A stretch of 64,000 nt of DNA. It comes from Chloroflexota bacterium. Lineage in GTDB: Bacteria > Chloroflexota > Dehalococcoidia > UBA2979. Numbering within the stretch: the first letter of the stretch is position 1; the number at the start of each line of letters is the position of its first letter. The notes under the pieces were generated by a model, which had not been told where the DNA came from, did no database searches, and saw only the letters and a program-made list of their open reading frames with translations. The stretch is taken from the NCBI GenBank assembly GCA_027593235.1, contig JAQCIU010000015.1:1-64000 (forward strand), given 5' to 3'. Made by a program: the position numbers and the translations under genes. Positions 34,896 through 44,553 of this stretch are shown piece by piece.

Positions 34896-37736
34896 CTAGC
34901 CCCCGACTGCTCCCAGCAGGGTTTCGAGGTCGTGCTTGGCGTCGAGGACGTGCGCCCAGAGGTCGCCGTGCTGTTCGACGCGTTCGTGCGCGTTGAGGAG
35001 GTGGAACTGGGTGGGGTAGACCTTGTCCAACTCGGTCCAGCGCAGCGGCATGGAGACGGGACCACCGGGCTTGGCGCGCGGGGAGTAGGCGCAGGCGAGG
35101 TTCTTGATGCGGGCGTTCTGGTTCGCGTCGAAGAAGACCTTGCCGCGGCGCTTCTCCGAGGCCCATTCCATTGTCACTTCTTGCGGGTGACCGGCGAGGA
35201 TGAAGCCGCCGATCGTGGAGGCGACGCCGCGGATGGTCTCGTAGTCGTACTGGCGGAGTACGGGGACGTAGATGTGCAGGCCGGTGGCGCCGGAGGTCTT
35301 CACGAAGCTGGAGAGGCCGGCGCCGTCCAGCAGCTCCTTGAGCCAGAGCGCGACCTCGACGGTGGTCTTGAAGGCGCGGCGGTTGAGTTCGGGCTCTTCG
35401 CCTTTGCCTTCGTAGCCGGCGTAGATGTACGGATCGAGGTCGAAGAGGATGAAGTCGGGGTAGTTGAGGACCGAGTCGAGAATGCGCTCCCGGGAGCCGG
35501 TGAAGTCGCTACCGAGGTGGTGGCCGTCGGGATCCGGATTCGCTCTCGCGAGGCTGGTGTGGAGCGCGAGATCGGCGAGCTGGCCGAGCCAGAGCAGGGT
35601 GGGAAGGTTGTTGACGACGACGTAGTCCTGGTCGATTTCGCCGGCGTTCTCTGAGAAGACGGGGACGGTGGGGACGAAGTCGGGCCGAGCCTCGATGTGC
35701 TTCTGGTAGAACATCGGGCGGTCGATGCCGTTGGGGTAACGGGTCATCGTGAGCGGACGGTCGCGGAGCTGGTTCAGGAGCACCGGCGCCATCCTGGCGT
35801 AATAGGCGAGCAGATCGCGCTTGGTGAGCGCGCGCTGGTCGGGCGTCTCGGGCCACATCACCTTGTCGAGGTTGCTGACCGTCAGGGAGTGCTCGCCGAC
35901 CTCGAGGGTCATGTCCTTTCTCGGACGATCGAGCTGCTGTTCCACGGAGGCGATCTGCTGCGCGAGATCGCCCGCGGGGGCGCCGGCGCCGGCGAGCACC
36001 TCGGCCGGGGTGCGGACCGCGGTGGTGGGCGGGGACTGATCGAGGTGGACGTCGCGCGGCGCCTTGTCGTCGCGGAGGCGGAGGAAGACCGGGGCACGGA
36101 GGTTGGTCTCCGAGGTGATCTGGGAGAACTCCACTTCGGCGACGAGTTCCGGGCGCACCCAGGTGGTGACGTCCGCGCGCTCCGGCGCGGTGGCGAACGG
36201 CATTTCCTCGATGACCAGCGGCTTGAGGCGCGCAAGGACATCCTTCAGCAGCGATTCCGTGAAGCCGGAGCCAACGCCGCCGACGGGCTGGAGGTTGCCG
36301 TCGTCGTCGTAGTAGCCGAGGGAGAGCGCGCCGAAGGTTGAGGCACGTGAGTTCTCACCTCGGGTATAGCCGCCGACGACGAAGTCGGCGGTGGCGCGCG
36401 CCTTCACCTTCCGCCAGCGCTGCGAGCGCTTGCCGGCGTCATAAGGGCTGTCGCGCCGCTTGGCCACGAGGCCCTCGAGACCGAGCGACATGGCGGCGTC
36501 GTAGGCGGTGAGGCCATCCACCTCGAAGTGATCGACGAACTGGACGAAGGGGGTGGGGAGGAGCATCCGGCGGAGGATGCGCCTGCGCTCCTCGAGGGGG
36601 ACACGGCGGAGATCGACGCCGTCGATGTGGAGGATGTCAAAGACATAAAACACGACGGGGGTATCGCGGTCGGCCTGTGCGACCTCGACGGGGTTTTGGA
36701 GGTTGAGGCGCTGCTGGAGACGCTCGAAGGAGGGGACGCCGTTGTCGTCCATGGCGGCGACCTCGCCGTCGAGGAGCAGTGTGTGTGCGGGCTGGTGGGC
36801 GAGTGACGCGACCAGGTTGGGGTATTGGGCGGTCATGTCGTTTTCGCGGCGGGAGCGAAGCGTGACGCGACCATCCTCGATCCAGGCGAGCGCACGGACG
36901 CCGTCAATCTTGGGCTCGAAGAGCCATTTCGGGTCGTCGAACGGCTCTTTGTGGATCACGGCCTGCATCGGGACGAGGGCGTCCGGGAGCTTGCCGGCTT
37001 TTGCCCCAGGGAGGTCGAGTGGGACGAGGATCAGCGGCTCAATGTTGGCGGGCGGGCGACGGCCGGCCTGGAGGTCGGCGATGGTGAGCCAGGAGATGAC
37101 GCTGGCATCGAGGTCGGTCAGTTCGACGGCGGTGCCTTCGGCCTCGTCGCGGTGCTTGATCAGGAGCCAGGACTTCTCGGACTGCGTGGTCTTCACCAGC
37201 GTCCACGAGCCTTTCATCTTCTCGCCGCGGAGGTGGACCGAGACCTTGCCGGCGGCGATGTCGGCGTTCATGCGACGGTTGGCCTCGTCGCGGTCGTGGA
37301 AGGAGAAGGAGCCGCCTTCGTCGGGGGAGTAGGTGCCGCGGTCCCAGACGATCACCTCGCCACCGCCGTACTCGCCGGCGGGAATGATGCCTTCGAAGGT
37401 GCCGCAGTCGAACGGGTGATCCTCGGTCATCACGGCGAGGCGCTTCTCACGGCGGTCGGTCGAGGGGCCTTTGGGGACGGGCCAGGACTTGAGGACGCCG
37501 TCGACCTCGAGGCGGACGTCGTAGTGGAGGGCGGTGGCGCGGTGCTTCTGGACGAGGAAGGTGAGCGGCGCGTTGTCGTCGCGGAGGTTGCGGAAGCCCT
37601 CGGGCTCCGGCGTGCGACCGAAATCGCGCATCTCCTGGTAGGGGCCCAATGGGGCGTCGTTGGCCTTCGGGTCTTCGGGCGCGACGCGGCCGCTGGCGTC
37701 GTCGTCGGGGGGCTGTTTGCCTGGTTTGCGAGGCAT
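34896..37736 (-). CDS. ligD: NHEJ DNA ligase D (phosphoesterase-ligase-polymerase)
   Basis: QKH.A..LHYD.RLE (PE), EPKIDG and EGLVAK (ligase), RYPNG, FDLDP, KTSG..GLH (primase-polymerase). Confidence 0.96.
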   Translation of the reverse strand: MPRKPGKQPPDDDASGRVAPEDPKANDAPLGPYQEMRDFGRTPEPEGFRNLRDDNAPLTFLVQKHRATALHYDVRLEVDGVLKSWPVPKGPSTDRREKRLAVMTEDHPFDCGTFEGIIPAGEYGGGEVIVWDRGTYSPDEGGSFSFHDRDEANRRMNADIAAGKVSVHLRGEKMKGSWTLVKTTQSEKSWLLIKHRDEAEGTAVELTDLDASVISWLTIADLQAGRRPPANIEPLILVPLDLPGAKAGKLPDALVPMQAVIHKEPFDDPKWLFEPKIDGVRALAWIEDGRVTLRSRRENDMTAQYPNLVASLAHQPAHTLLLDGEVAAMDDNGVPSFERLQQRLNLQNPVEVAQADRDTPVVFYVFDILHIDGVDLRRVPLEERRRILRRMLLPTPFVQFVDHFEVDGLTAYDAAMSLGLEGLVAKRRDSPYDAGKRSQRWRKVKARATADFVVGGYTRGENSRASTFGALSLGYYDDDGNLQPVGGVGSGFTESLLKDVLARLKPLVIEEMPFATAPERADVTTWVRPELVAEVEFSQITSETNLRAPVFLRLRDDKAPRDVHLDQSPPTTAVRTPAEVLAGAGAPAGDLAQQIASVEQQLDRPRKDMTLEVGEHSLTVSNLDKVMWPETPDQRALTKRDLLAYYARMAPVLLNQLRDRPLTMTRYPNGIDRPMFYQKHIEARPDFVPTVPVFSENAGEIDQDYVVVNNLPTLLWLGQLADLALHTSLARANPDPDGHHLGSDFTGSRERILDSVLNYPDFILFDLDPYIYAGYEGKGEEPELNRRAFKTTVEVALWLKELLDGAGLSSFVKTSGATGLHIYVPVLRQYDYETIRGVASTIGGFILAGHPQEVTMEWASEKRRGKVFFDANQNARIKNLACAYSPRAKPGGPVSMPLRWTELDKVYPTQFHLLNAHERVEQHGDLWAHVLDAKHDLETLLGAVGG

Positions 37737-37774
37737 CGTCGGTTAGCCGCTCGGGCGTCGCTGCCTAGCGCCGG

Positions 37775-38653
37775 CTAGGACTTCGCGGCGGCCTTCTTGC
37801 GGGTGCGCTTCGCCTTTGGCTCCTCCGCGGTGCTGTCTCCATCCTCGGAAGCGCCGTTTGCGGATGGGGCCTCGGCCTTGCGGGCCTTGGCGGCGTCCAC
37901 GCTGGCCTTGAGCGCGGCCATGAGGTAGACGGAGGCGGCGGCGGGCGCGTCCTGCTCGGTGGTGACGATTTCGCCGCCCTCAAGCTTGGCGCTGATCATC
38001 GCGATCAGCTTTTCGCGGTAGGCGTCCTTGTACTCGGACGGGTCGAAGGGCTTGCGGAGCATGTCGATGAGCGCAGCGGCCATCTGCATTTCCTGGTCGG
38101 TGAGCTGGATGCCCTCGACGTCCACGGAGCCATCGGGTTCGCGGATCTCGTCCGGGTAGTAGAGGGTCTCGAGCAGGATGATGCCGTCGTGCGGACGGAG
38201 CACGCAGAGGTGCTCTTTCTGGCGCAGCGCGACCTTGCCGAGGGCGAGCAGGCCTTTCTCCTCGAGTGAGCGCAGGAGGAGGGCGAAGGGCTTCTGGCCG
38301 GCCTCGTCGGGCTCCAGGTAGTAGGAGCGCTCGTAGTGGATCGGATCGATCTCCTCGTTCGCGACGAACGCGGTGAGGTCGATGGTGTGCTTGGAGGGGA
38401 CGGGGAGCTTGTCGAAGTCCTCGTCGTCGACGATGACGTACTGGCCCTTGGCGTACTCGTAGCCCTTGATCAGCTCGTCGTAGGCGACCTCGCGGTCGAG
38501 TTCGGGGCTCCAGCGGAGCTGCTTCACCGGGGTGTGGGTTTCTTCGTGGAGCTGGCGGAAGCTGATGTCCTTGCTCTCTGTTGCCGTGAAGAGGCGGACG
38601 GGGATGGAGACCATGCCGAAGCTGATCACGCCGCGCCAGATTGCTCGCGCCAT
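37775..38653 (-). CDS. ku: NHEJ Ku protein
   Basis: RAIW.G.ISFG.V.IPV, KGYE, YYL.P, basic C-terminal tail. Confidence 0.96.
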   Translation of the reverse strand: MARAIWRGVISFGMVSIPVRLFTATESKDISFRQLHEETHTPVKQLRWSPELDREVAYDELIKGYEYAKGQYVIVDDEDFDKLPVPSKHTIDLTAFVANEEIDPIHYERSYYLEPDEAGQKPFALLLRSLEEKGLLALGKVALRQKEHLCVLRPHDGIILLETLYYPDEIREPDGSVDVEGIQLTDQEMQMAAALIDMLRKPFDPSEYKDAYREKLIAMISAKLEGGEIVTTEQDAPAAASVYLMAALKASVDAAKARKAEAPSANGASEDGDSTAEEPKAKRTRKKAAAKS

Positions 38654-38816
38654 GAGGGGAGACCTTTCGTGCCGCCGGCGGGGTTAGTAGCGGCGGGGTT
38701 TGAGTACATGCAGAGGCTGAAACTCGGTGGATCGGGGAAGGGAAGGAGGGTGCTCCGGGCGTCGGCGGTTGCTCCGTGATGGGGGCTGCGCGGGACGTTG
38801 GCCGGAGAACGGACAC

Positions 38817-38915
38817 GAGCTTCGCTCGCGACGTGATTTCTTTGCGTCCCACCCACCCACCCCGTATGCCTGTGGGGCTCCGCCCCACATCCCCGCTCTT
38901 CTGGCGCTTCGCTCC
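38817..38915. repeat. REP-like palindromic cluster upstream of ku
   Basis: TGTGGGG-CTCCG-CCCCACA hairpin flanked by two CTTCGCTC copies in a ~430-bp non-coding gap. Confidence 0.4.
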
Positions 38916-39090
38916 ACGGGAGGCGACGCCCGCGTCATCTCCTTCTCCCCGCCCGTCCCCGGGACCAGCTGTGGGAGGGCAGCGGAGTGCCCGGTGGAAG
39001 TGGAGCTCGCAGCCGATGCGGGTGTGGCGCGCTGTGTAGACGGTCGACGAGTGTGACGCGGGGCGCGAGGTCCACATGTTCGGAGAGGGG

Positions 39091-39465
39091 CTAGGGGGCC
39101 TGGATTGCTCCGAAGAGTGCCTCGGCCTCGGCGATGGCGCGTTCGGCGACATCGCGGGCCTCAGCGCGGCTGAGGAGCATCGGGGCGAGCGATTCGACGG
39201 CGTCGGCCAACTCCGGGTCGGTGCCGCGCAGCATGCGGTGGGCTTCGCCGGGGCTGCGGCCGTCGATCCAGAAGGGGCGCAACGCTTCCATCACGAGGGC
39301 GTTGCCGAGGAGCTGGATGCGCTCCTCGCTACTCAACGAGGTCTCATCGAGGAGAGTCGCCATCGCCTCACCGACGGTGGCGAGATCCGCGGTCGCGAGG
39401 TCCATGGCCAGCAGCCGCCGGCGCGGTGATCGCTCACCGGAGGGAAGGGCGTGGCGCGCGTTCAT
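39091..39465 (-). CDS. Hypothetical helical protein
   Basis: AGGGA RBS-like before ATG 39465 (alternative 39405); host-like codon usage. Confidence 0.55.
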   Translation of the reverse strand: MNARHALPSGERSPRRRLLAMDLATADLATVGEAMATLLDETSLSSEERIQLLGNALVMEALRPFWIDGRSPGEAHRMLRGTDPELADAVESLAPMLLSRAEARDVAERAIAEAEALFGAIQAP

Positions 39466-39638
39466 CTGGTGCGTCCCTGCTGCTCCCATGCTGGGAGCGC
39501 CAATCCCGCCAACGTGAGCGATCACGTGCGCAGTTCTAATGTTCTGCACAGGTCGCGATCCGCGAAAGCATACAGGGCGTTTTCCGTCTTGTGCAACGGG
39601 CGGGAGGAGGGGAGCGGGTGCGTTTGGAGAGAGGGTGG

Positions 39639-40148
39639 CTAGTCCTGCTCGAGGACGCGTTCCCGCGTCTCGCGCGCGAGCGGAGTGTCGAATCCCTCGT
39701 CGTCGCTGTCGAGGAGCAGTTCGACCTGGGTACGAAGCCAGGCGAGGTTGGACGCGGCCTGGGCGTAGTCCGGACGGAGCCGGAGCGCGACGCGGAACTC
39801 CTCTTCGGCCTCGGGCAGCCGATCGAGCTTCACGAGCGCGCGCCCTCGATTGTTGTGCGCTTCCGCGAGATCGGGGCTGAGGCGGAGCACCACGTTGAAC
39901 GCCTTAGCGGCTTCCGAGGCGAGCTCCTGGACGTGCTCGGCGTGGGTGAGGGGATCGGGGTTGCGCCGTCCGAAGTCGGCGGCGGCAAGGAGCGCGATAC
40001 CGAACTCGTGCTGAGCCTCGGGCCATTCGGGGCGGTAGGTCACCGCATCGTGGAGATCGCGGATCGCGCCGGCGAAGTCGCCGCGCGAGAGCGCGGCGCG
40101 GCCCGCGGCGTAGCGTTTGCGAGCGCGGCGGCCATCGAGGAATGCCAT
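39639..40148 (-). CDS. Tetratricopeptide repeat protein
   Basis: Repeated P...EAH.N.G.AL and P.Y..A..NL patterns. Confidence 0.85.
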   Translation of the reverse strand: MAFLDGRRARKRYAAGRAALSRGDFAGAIRDLHDAVTYRPEWPEAQHEFGIALLAAADFGRRNPDPLTHAEHVQELASEAAKAFNVVLRLSPDLAEAHNNRGRALVKLDRLPEAEEEFRVALRLRPDYAQAASNLAWLRTQVELLLDSDDEGFDTPLARETRERVLEQD

Positions 40149-40154
40149 CGCCGC

Positions 40155-40418
40155 CTACCCGCCGCCGAGCGCGGGGACGAGATGGACCTCGGCGTCGTCG
40201 GGCACCTGCTCCAGCAGGCCGTTGTCGGTCATTTCGCTGTTGATGGCGATTGAGATATCGGGGCGGACGCGATCTTCGAGCATCAGTACGTCGCGGAGTG
40301 TCGGATACGCCTTGAGCAGTGCGTCCACGACGCGGCCGAGCTGACCACCGGGCACCTCAACGGTGGCCGCGCCCTCGGTGGCGTCGCGCATGTGTCGGGG
40401 GATGTGGATGGTCGCCAT
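40155..40418 (-). CDS. MoaD/ThiS sulfur carrier
   Basis: Ubiquitin-like size, C-terminal PALGGG. Confidence 0.88.
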   Translation of the reverse strand: MATIHIPRHMRDATEGAATVEVPGGQLGRVVDALLKAYPTLRDVLMLEDRVRPDISIAINSEMTDNGLLEQVPDDAEVHLVPALGGG

Positions 40419-40525
40419 GGCTCCAGTTTAGTCGCTACCGAGGGGTGACCGGGTTCGCGACCGTGCGCAATTCGGCGCGGCGTCGCGGGCGTCGGTGGCG
40501 GCGAGCCTCGCCGGTGGGGCAAACA

Positions 40526-40552
40526 GAACGGGCGCCCAGCGGGCGCCCGTTC
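40526..40552 (-). terminator. Intrinsic terminator after molybdoenzyme operon
   Basis: GAACGGGCGCCC-3nt-GGGCGCCCGTTC followed by TGTTT on the minus strand. Confidence 0.7.
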
Positions 40553-40575
40553 GTGGATTCAATGGCTAGCGGTTG

Positions 40576-42894
40576 CTAGTCGACGCCGGACTCGTTCAGC
40601 AGCTCTTCCAGGATGACGCGTGGCGACATCGGGGCCTGGTAGAAGCGGATGCCGATCGCGTCGTAGATCGCCTGCTGGATCGTGGGCATGGGCGGGACGA
40701 TCGGCACCTCGCCGACGCCGCGCACGCCGTAGGGGTGACCGGGGTTGGGCACCTCGACGATTTCGACGTCGATCATCGGGATGTCGAGCGTCGTCGGCAT
40801 GCGGTAGTCGAGGAAGCTCGCGTTCCGGAGATGTCCGTCGTCGTCGTAGAAGTACTCCTCGGTGAGCGCCATGCCGATGCCCTGGACGGCGCCACCCTGG
40901 ATCTGCCCCTCGACGTAGGCGGGGTGGATCGCGGTGCCGACGTCCTGGATGGCGGTGTAGCGAAGGATTTCGACCTTGCCGGTGTCACGGTCGACGTGGA
41001 CGTCGACGATGTGACCGCCGTACGCGGCGCCCTGCGAGTTCTTGTTGAGGCTAATCGTGGAGGAGATCTGGCCCCCGGTGGAGCCCATCTTCGCCGCGAG
41101 TTCCGCGAAGGTGAATTCGCGATCGTTGCTTTCCGCGTCCGGCGGAGCCGAGATCACGGCATCAGCGCTGAACTCGACGTCCTCGAGGTCGACCTGCCAG
41201 ATCTGGGCCGCTCGTTCGCGCATCTTCTCCTTGAGGGAGAGGCCCAATTCGTAGGCGACCCAGCCGCCGGCGAAGGTGGTGCGGCTCCCGCCGGTGACGT
41301 GGGTGAACGGCACGGAGTCCGTGTCGGCGACGTGAGGCTTGATGCGCTCGTAGGGCAGACCCATGGTCTCGGCGAGCTGCATGGCGAGCGAAGCGCGGGT
41401 GCCACCGATGTCGACGGAGCCGACGATGAGGCTGACGCTGCCGTCGCTGTTGATGGTCGCGGTCGACCCAGACTCCAGACCAGCGTTGAACCAGAAGCCG
41501 AAGCCGACGCCACGGCCGACGTCTTCGCCCTGGAGCTCCGAGGTGTAGTGCGGGTGGTTCTTGACCGCGTCCATCACCTCGCTGGCGCCGATGCGGGGCA
41601 TCGGTACGCCAGCGGCGGAGGGGTTGCCCTCCTTGATGGCGTTCTTGAGGCGCAGGTCGACCGGATCCATCTCCAGGCGATCTGCCAACTCGTTGATCGT
41701 CGCTTCCGCGGCGAACTCCGAGGCCGGGGCGCCGGGGGCGCGGTAGGCGGCGCTCTTCGGACCGTTCGTGACCACGTCGTAGCCATCGATTTTCTGGTTC
41801 TCGATGTAGTACGGGCCGAAGGTGCACTGGACGCCGGCGCCGACGGGGGAGCCTGGGTAGGCGCCCGCCGCGTAGGCGAGGTAAGCCTCCGCGGCGACGA
41901 TGGTGCCGTCACGCATCGCGCCGAGCTTGATGCGGTTGTAGGTCGCGGAGGTCGGGCCGGTCGCAAGGAAGACCGCTTCGCGGGTCATCGTGATCCGGAC
42001 CGGGTCGCCGGTCTTCTTCGAGAGGAGCGCGGCGAGCGGCTCGAGGTAGATCGGAATCTTGCCACCGAAGCCGCCGCCGATCTCCAGCGGGACCAGCGTG
42101 ATGTCGGCGATCGGAACGGCGAGCAGCTTGGCGACGGCGTCGCGGACGACGAACGGGCCCTGGCTGCTGTTCCAGATGGTGAGCTTGCCGTCGCGGTTCC
42201 AGAACGCGGTCGCGCTGTGGGGCTCGATGTAGCCCTGGTGGAACCAGCTCGTCTCGAACTCGCGCTCGATCACGATGTCGGCGCTATCGAAGGCGGCGTT
42301 GACGTCGCCGCGCTCGAGGCGCATGTGAACGGCGATGTTGGTCTCGCGGTCGGTTGGGGTGTCCGCACCGGCGGCACGGACACTGGTGCGGAGATCCGTA
42401 TGGAGGATCGGCGCGTCGTCGAGCATCGCCTCACGGACGTCGGTGACCGGGGTGAGGACTTCGTAGTCGACCTCGATCAGGCCGAGCGCGTCGTCGGCGA
42501 TGTGCGGGTCGGTCGCGGCAAGGGCGGCGACGGCGTGCCCGTGGTAGAGCGCCTTATCGGAGGCGAGGACGTTGTCCTGGAGCCACTTGGCGTCCGCGCT
42601 GGTCTCGCCCATGTCCATGATGCCGTCGTGGATCTTGGGGAGGTCCGCCGCGGTGATGACGGCTTTCACGCCCGGGAGCGCGAGCGCCTTGGAGGCGTCG
42701 ATGCTGCGGATGCGCGCGTGGGCGTGGGGGCTGCGGAGGACGGCGCCGTAGAGGAGCCCCTCCATCTTGGTGTCCGCGGCGTAGGCCGCGCGACCGGTGA
42801 CCTTGTCGGTGCCGTCCGGTCGAATCGGGCGGGTGCCGATGACGCGATAGCCCTTGGTTCCGCCGGCGGCGGTTTCTTTCTCGGTGGTGACCAC
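40576..42894 (-). CDS. Xanthine dehydrogenase family molybdopterin-binding large subunit
   Basis: KVTG.A.Y..D, RSPHAHA, GGGFGGK, AYRAPG, GQIQGG..QG.G, RGVGE. Confidence 0.95.
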   Translation of the reverse strand: MVTTEKETAAGGTKGYRVIGTRPIRPDGTDKVTGRAAYAADTKMEGLLYGAVLRSPHAHARIRSIDASKALALPGVKAVITAADLPKIHDGIMDMGETSADAKWLQDNVLASDKALYHGHAVAALAATDPHIADDALGLIEVDYEVLTPVTDVREAMLDDAPILHTDLRTSVRAAGADTPTDRETNIAVHMRLERGDVNAAFDSADIVIEREFETSWFHQGYIEPHSATAFWNRDGKLTIWNSSQGPFVVRDAVAKLLAVPIADITLVPLEIGGGFGGKIPIYLEPLAALLSKKTGDPVRITMTREAVFLATGPTSATYNRIKLGAMRDGTIVAAEAYLAYAAGAYPGSPVGAGVQCTFGPYYIENQKIDGYDVVTNGPKSAAYRAPGAPASEFAAEATINELADRLEMDPVDLRLKNAIKEGNPSAAGVPMPRIGASEVMDAVKNHPHYTSELQGEDVGRGVGFGFWFNAGLESGSTATINSDGSVSLIVGSVDIGGTRASLAMQLAETMGLPYERIKPHVADTDSVPFTHVTGGSRTTFAGGWVAYELGLSLKEKMRERAAQIWQVDLEDVEFSADAVISAPPDAESNDREFTFAELAAKMGSTGGQISSTISLNKNSQGAAYGGHIVDVHVDRDTGKVEILRYTAIQDVGTAIHPAYVEGQIQGGAVQGIGMALTEEYFYDDDGHLRNASFLDYRMPTTLDIPMIDVEIVEVPNPGHPYGVRGVGEVPIVPPMPTIQQAIYDAIGIRFYQAPMSPRVILEELLNESGVD

Positions 42895-42938
42895 GAGGTT
42901 GTGCCCTTCGCTAGGTCGAATGTGTGCGGGGCCGGGGG

Positions 42939-43415
42939 CTACTGAGCGTTGATGCGCTCGGCAGCGTCCTGGACCGCGTGAATGATCTTGTCATAGCCGG
43001 TGCAGCGGCAGAGGTTGCCCGCCAGCCACCAGCGAATTTCGTGCTCGGTCGGGTTCGGGTTCACGTCCAGCAGGGCCTTGGAGGCCATGAGGAACCCCGG
43101 GGTGCAGATACCGCACTGGAGCGCGGCATCCTCCAGGAATGTCTGCTGGAGCGGGTGCAATTCATCGGGGCTGGCGAGGCCCTCGACGGTCGTGACCTGT
43201 GCGCCTTCGACCTCGGCGGCCATGACGCAGCAGGAGTTCACCAGGCGGCCGTCCAGGATGACGGAACAGGCGCCACAGTTGCCGTTGTTGCAGCCTTCCT
43301 TGACGCCCATCAGGCCCGCGCGTTCGCGGAGGGCGTCCAGCAGGCTGTCTCGCTCGTCGGCCAGGAACTCGCGCTCCTCGCCGTTGATGGTGGTCTTCAA
43401 CACGATTCGTGACAT
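42939..43415 (-). CDS. 2x[2Fe-2S] small subunit (CoxS/CutS family)
   Basis: GCNNGNCGAC...SC, QCGICTPG, NLCRCTGY. Confidence 0.96.
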   Translation of the reverse strand: MSRIVLKTTINGEEREFLADERDSLLDALRERAGLMGVKEGCNNGNCGACSVILDGRLVNSCCVMAAEVEGAQVTTVEGLASPDELHPLQQTFLEDAALQCGICTPGFLMASKALLDVNPNPTEHEIRWWLAGNLCRCTGYDKIIHAVQDAAERINAQ

Positions 43416-43516
43416 CGCTTGCCTCGATTCAGATCAGAGGCTCCGCGGGGAGCCGAGGATTCAGGTCTGAGACTCCGGGAGTCTCGCCGTTGCGGGTTTC
43501 GATTCCGTTTCGGCTG

Positions 43517-44383
43517 CTAGCCGCGAGCGCGTTCGAGCGCCGTGTCCAGCGTTCGCTGGGTGAGCACACGCGCGAGGTGCTTGCGCTGGCGGATCGAGCC
43601 ACGCATGTCGTCGATCGGCATTGCCGCCTCGTGCGACGCTGCGGCTGCGGCGGCGATGGTCTCGTCCGTGATCGGACGTCCGATCAACGCCTCGGCGGCG
43701 CCGGGCACCATGATCGGCGTGGCCGCGACCGCACCGAGCGCGACGCGGGCGTCCGTCACGACGTCGCCGTCGAGCTGGATCCACGCTCCGCAGTTGACGA
43801 CCGCGATGTCCATCTCATTCCGCGGGATGAAGCGCTGCCATGCAGCGCCGCTCCCCGCGGTGGGGGCAGCGAAGTTGATGCGGGTGACGATCTCGCCGAG
43901 TTCGAGGACGTTGCGTCCCGGTCCGGTGAAGAACTCCGCGACGGGCACGTCACGCTCGCCGTTTGGCCCCGCGATGTGGGCGACCGCGCCCAGCGCCATC
44001 ATCGAGGTCAGCGAGTCGCCGGCGGGCGAGGAGTTGCAGAGGTTGCCACCGAGGCTGGCGCGTCCCTGGATGGCGGTACCGCCGATAACGGTGATCGCCG
44101 AGACGAGTGCCGGGTAGTGATTCTTCACCGCGTCGTCGTTGTAGAGGCGGTAGAGTTCCGCCGCCGCACCGACGGAGAGGCCGTCGGTCGCGCTGTAGCT
44201 GAAGGTCATCAGCTCGGGGATGTGCTTGATATCGACGAAGCGCTCAACCCGTCGCGCGCGTTCGCGCGCCTGGACGATGATGTCCGTGCCGCCAGCAAGT
44301 ACGCGGGCGAACTCTCCGCCTTCGCGGAGCAAATCGATGGCCTCTTTTACCGTAGAGGCACGTTGGTAGGTGACTGCCTGCAC
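43517..44383 (-). CDS. FAD-binding medium subunit (CoxM/CutM family)
   Basis: LAGGTD, SLGGNLCN.SP.GD, PIDD.RG. Confidence 0.94.
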   Translation of the reverse strand: MQAVTYQRASTVKEAIDLLREGGEFARVLAGGTDIIVQARERARRVERFVDIKHIPELMTFSYSATDGLSVGAAAELYRLYNDDAVKNHYPALVSAITVIGGTAIQGRASLGGNLCNSSPAGDSLTSMMALGAVAHIAGPNGERDVPVAEFFTGPGRNVLELGEIVTRINFAAPTAGSGAAWQRFIPRNEMDIAVVNCGAWIQLDGDVVTDARVALGAVAATPIMVPGAAEALIGRPITDETIAAAAAASHEAAMPIDDMRGSIRQRKHLARVLTQRTLDTALERARG

Positions 44384-44553
44384 TGTCCCCGCCGTCCTTC
44401 CATTAGGTCCCGGCGCAGTCTAGTCGAACATTTGGTGGAGCGTCTTGTATGTCCGTGCAAGACGCCATCACGGGCCGCATGAGGAACGCGGGGACGGCCG
44501 CGCGGAGCCCCCCTGCATGCGCCGTGGTCGGGGTTTGGTGGCGGACCGGACGT

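Noticed and set aside
40573-42945. Long antisense ORFs (e.g. 790 aa here, 5553-7268, 45289-46890)
   Set aside because: Shadow frames of real genes in high-GC DNA, with no motifs of their own
40576-44383. Aerobic CO dehydrogenase
   Set aside because: Active-site loop AYRAPG lacks the AYxCSFR Cu-binding motif; no coxDEFG
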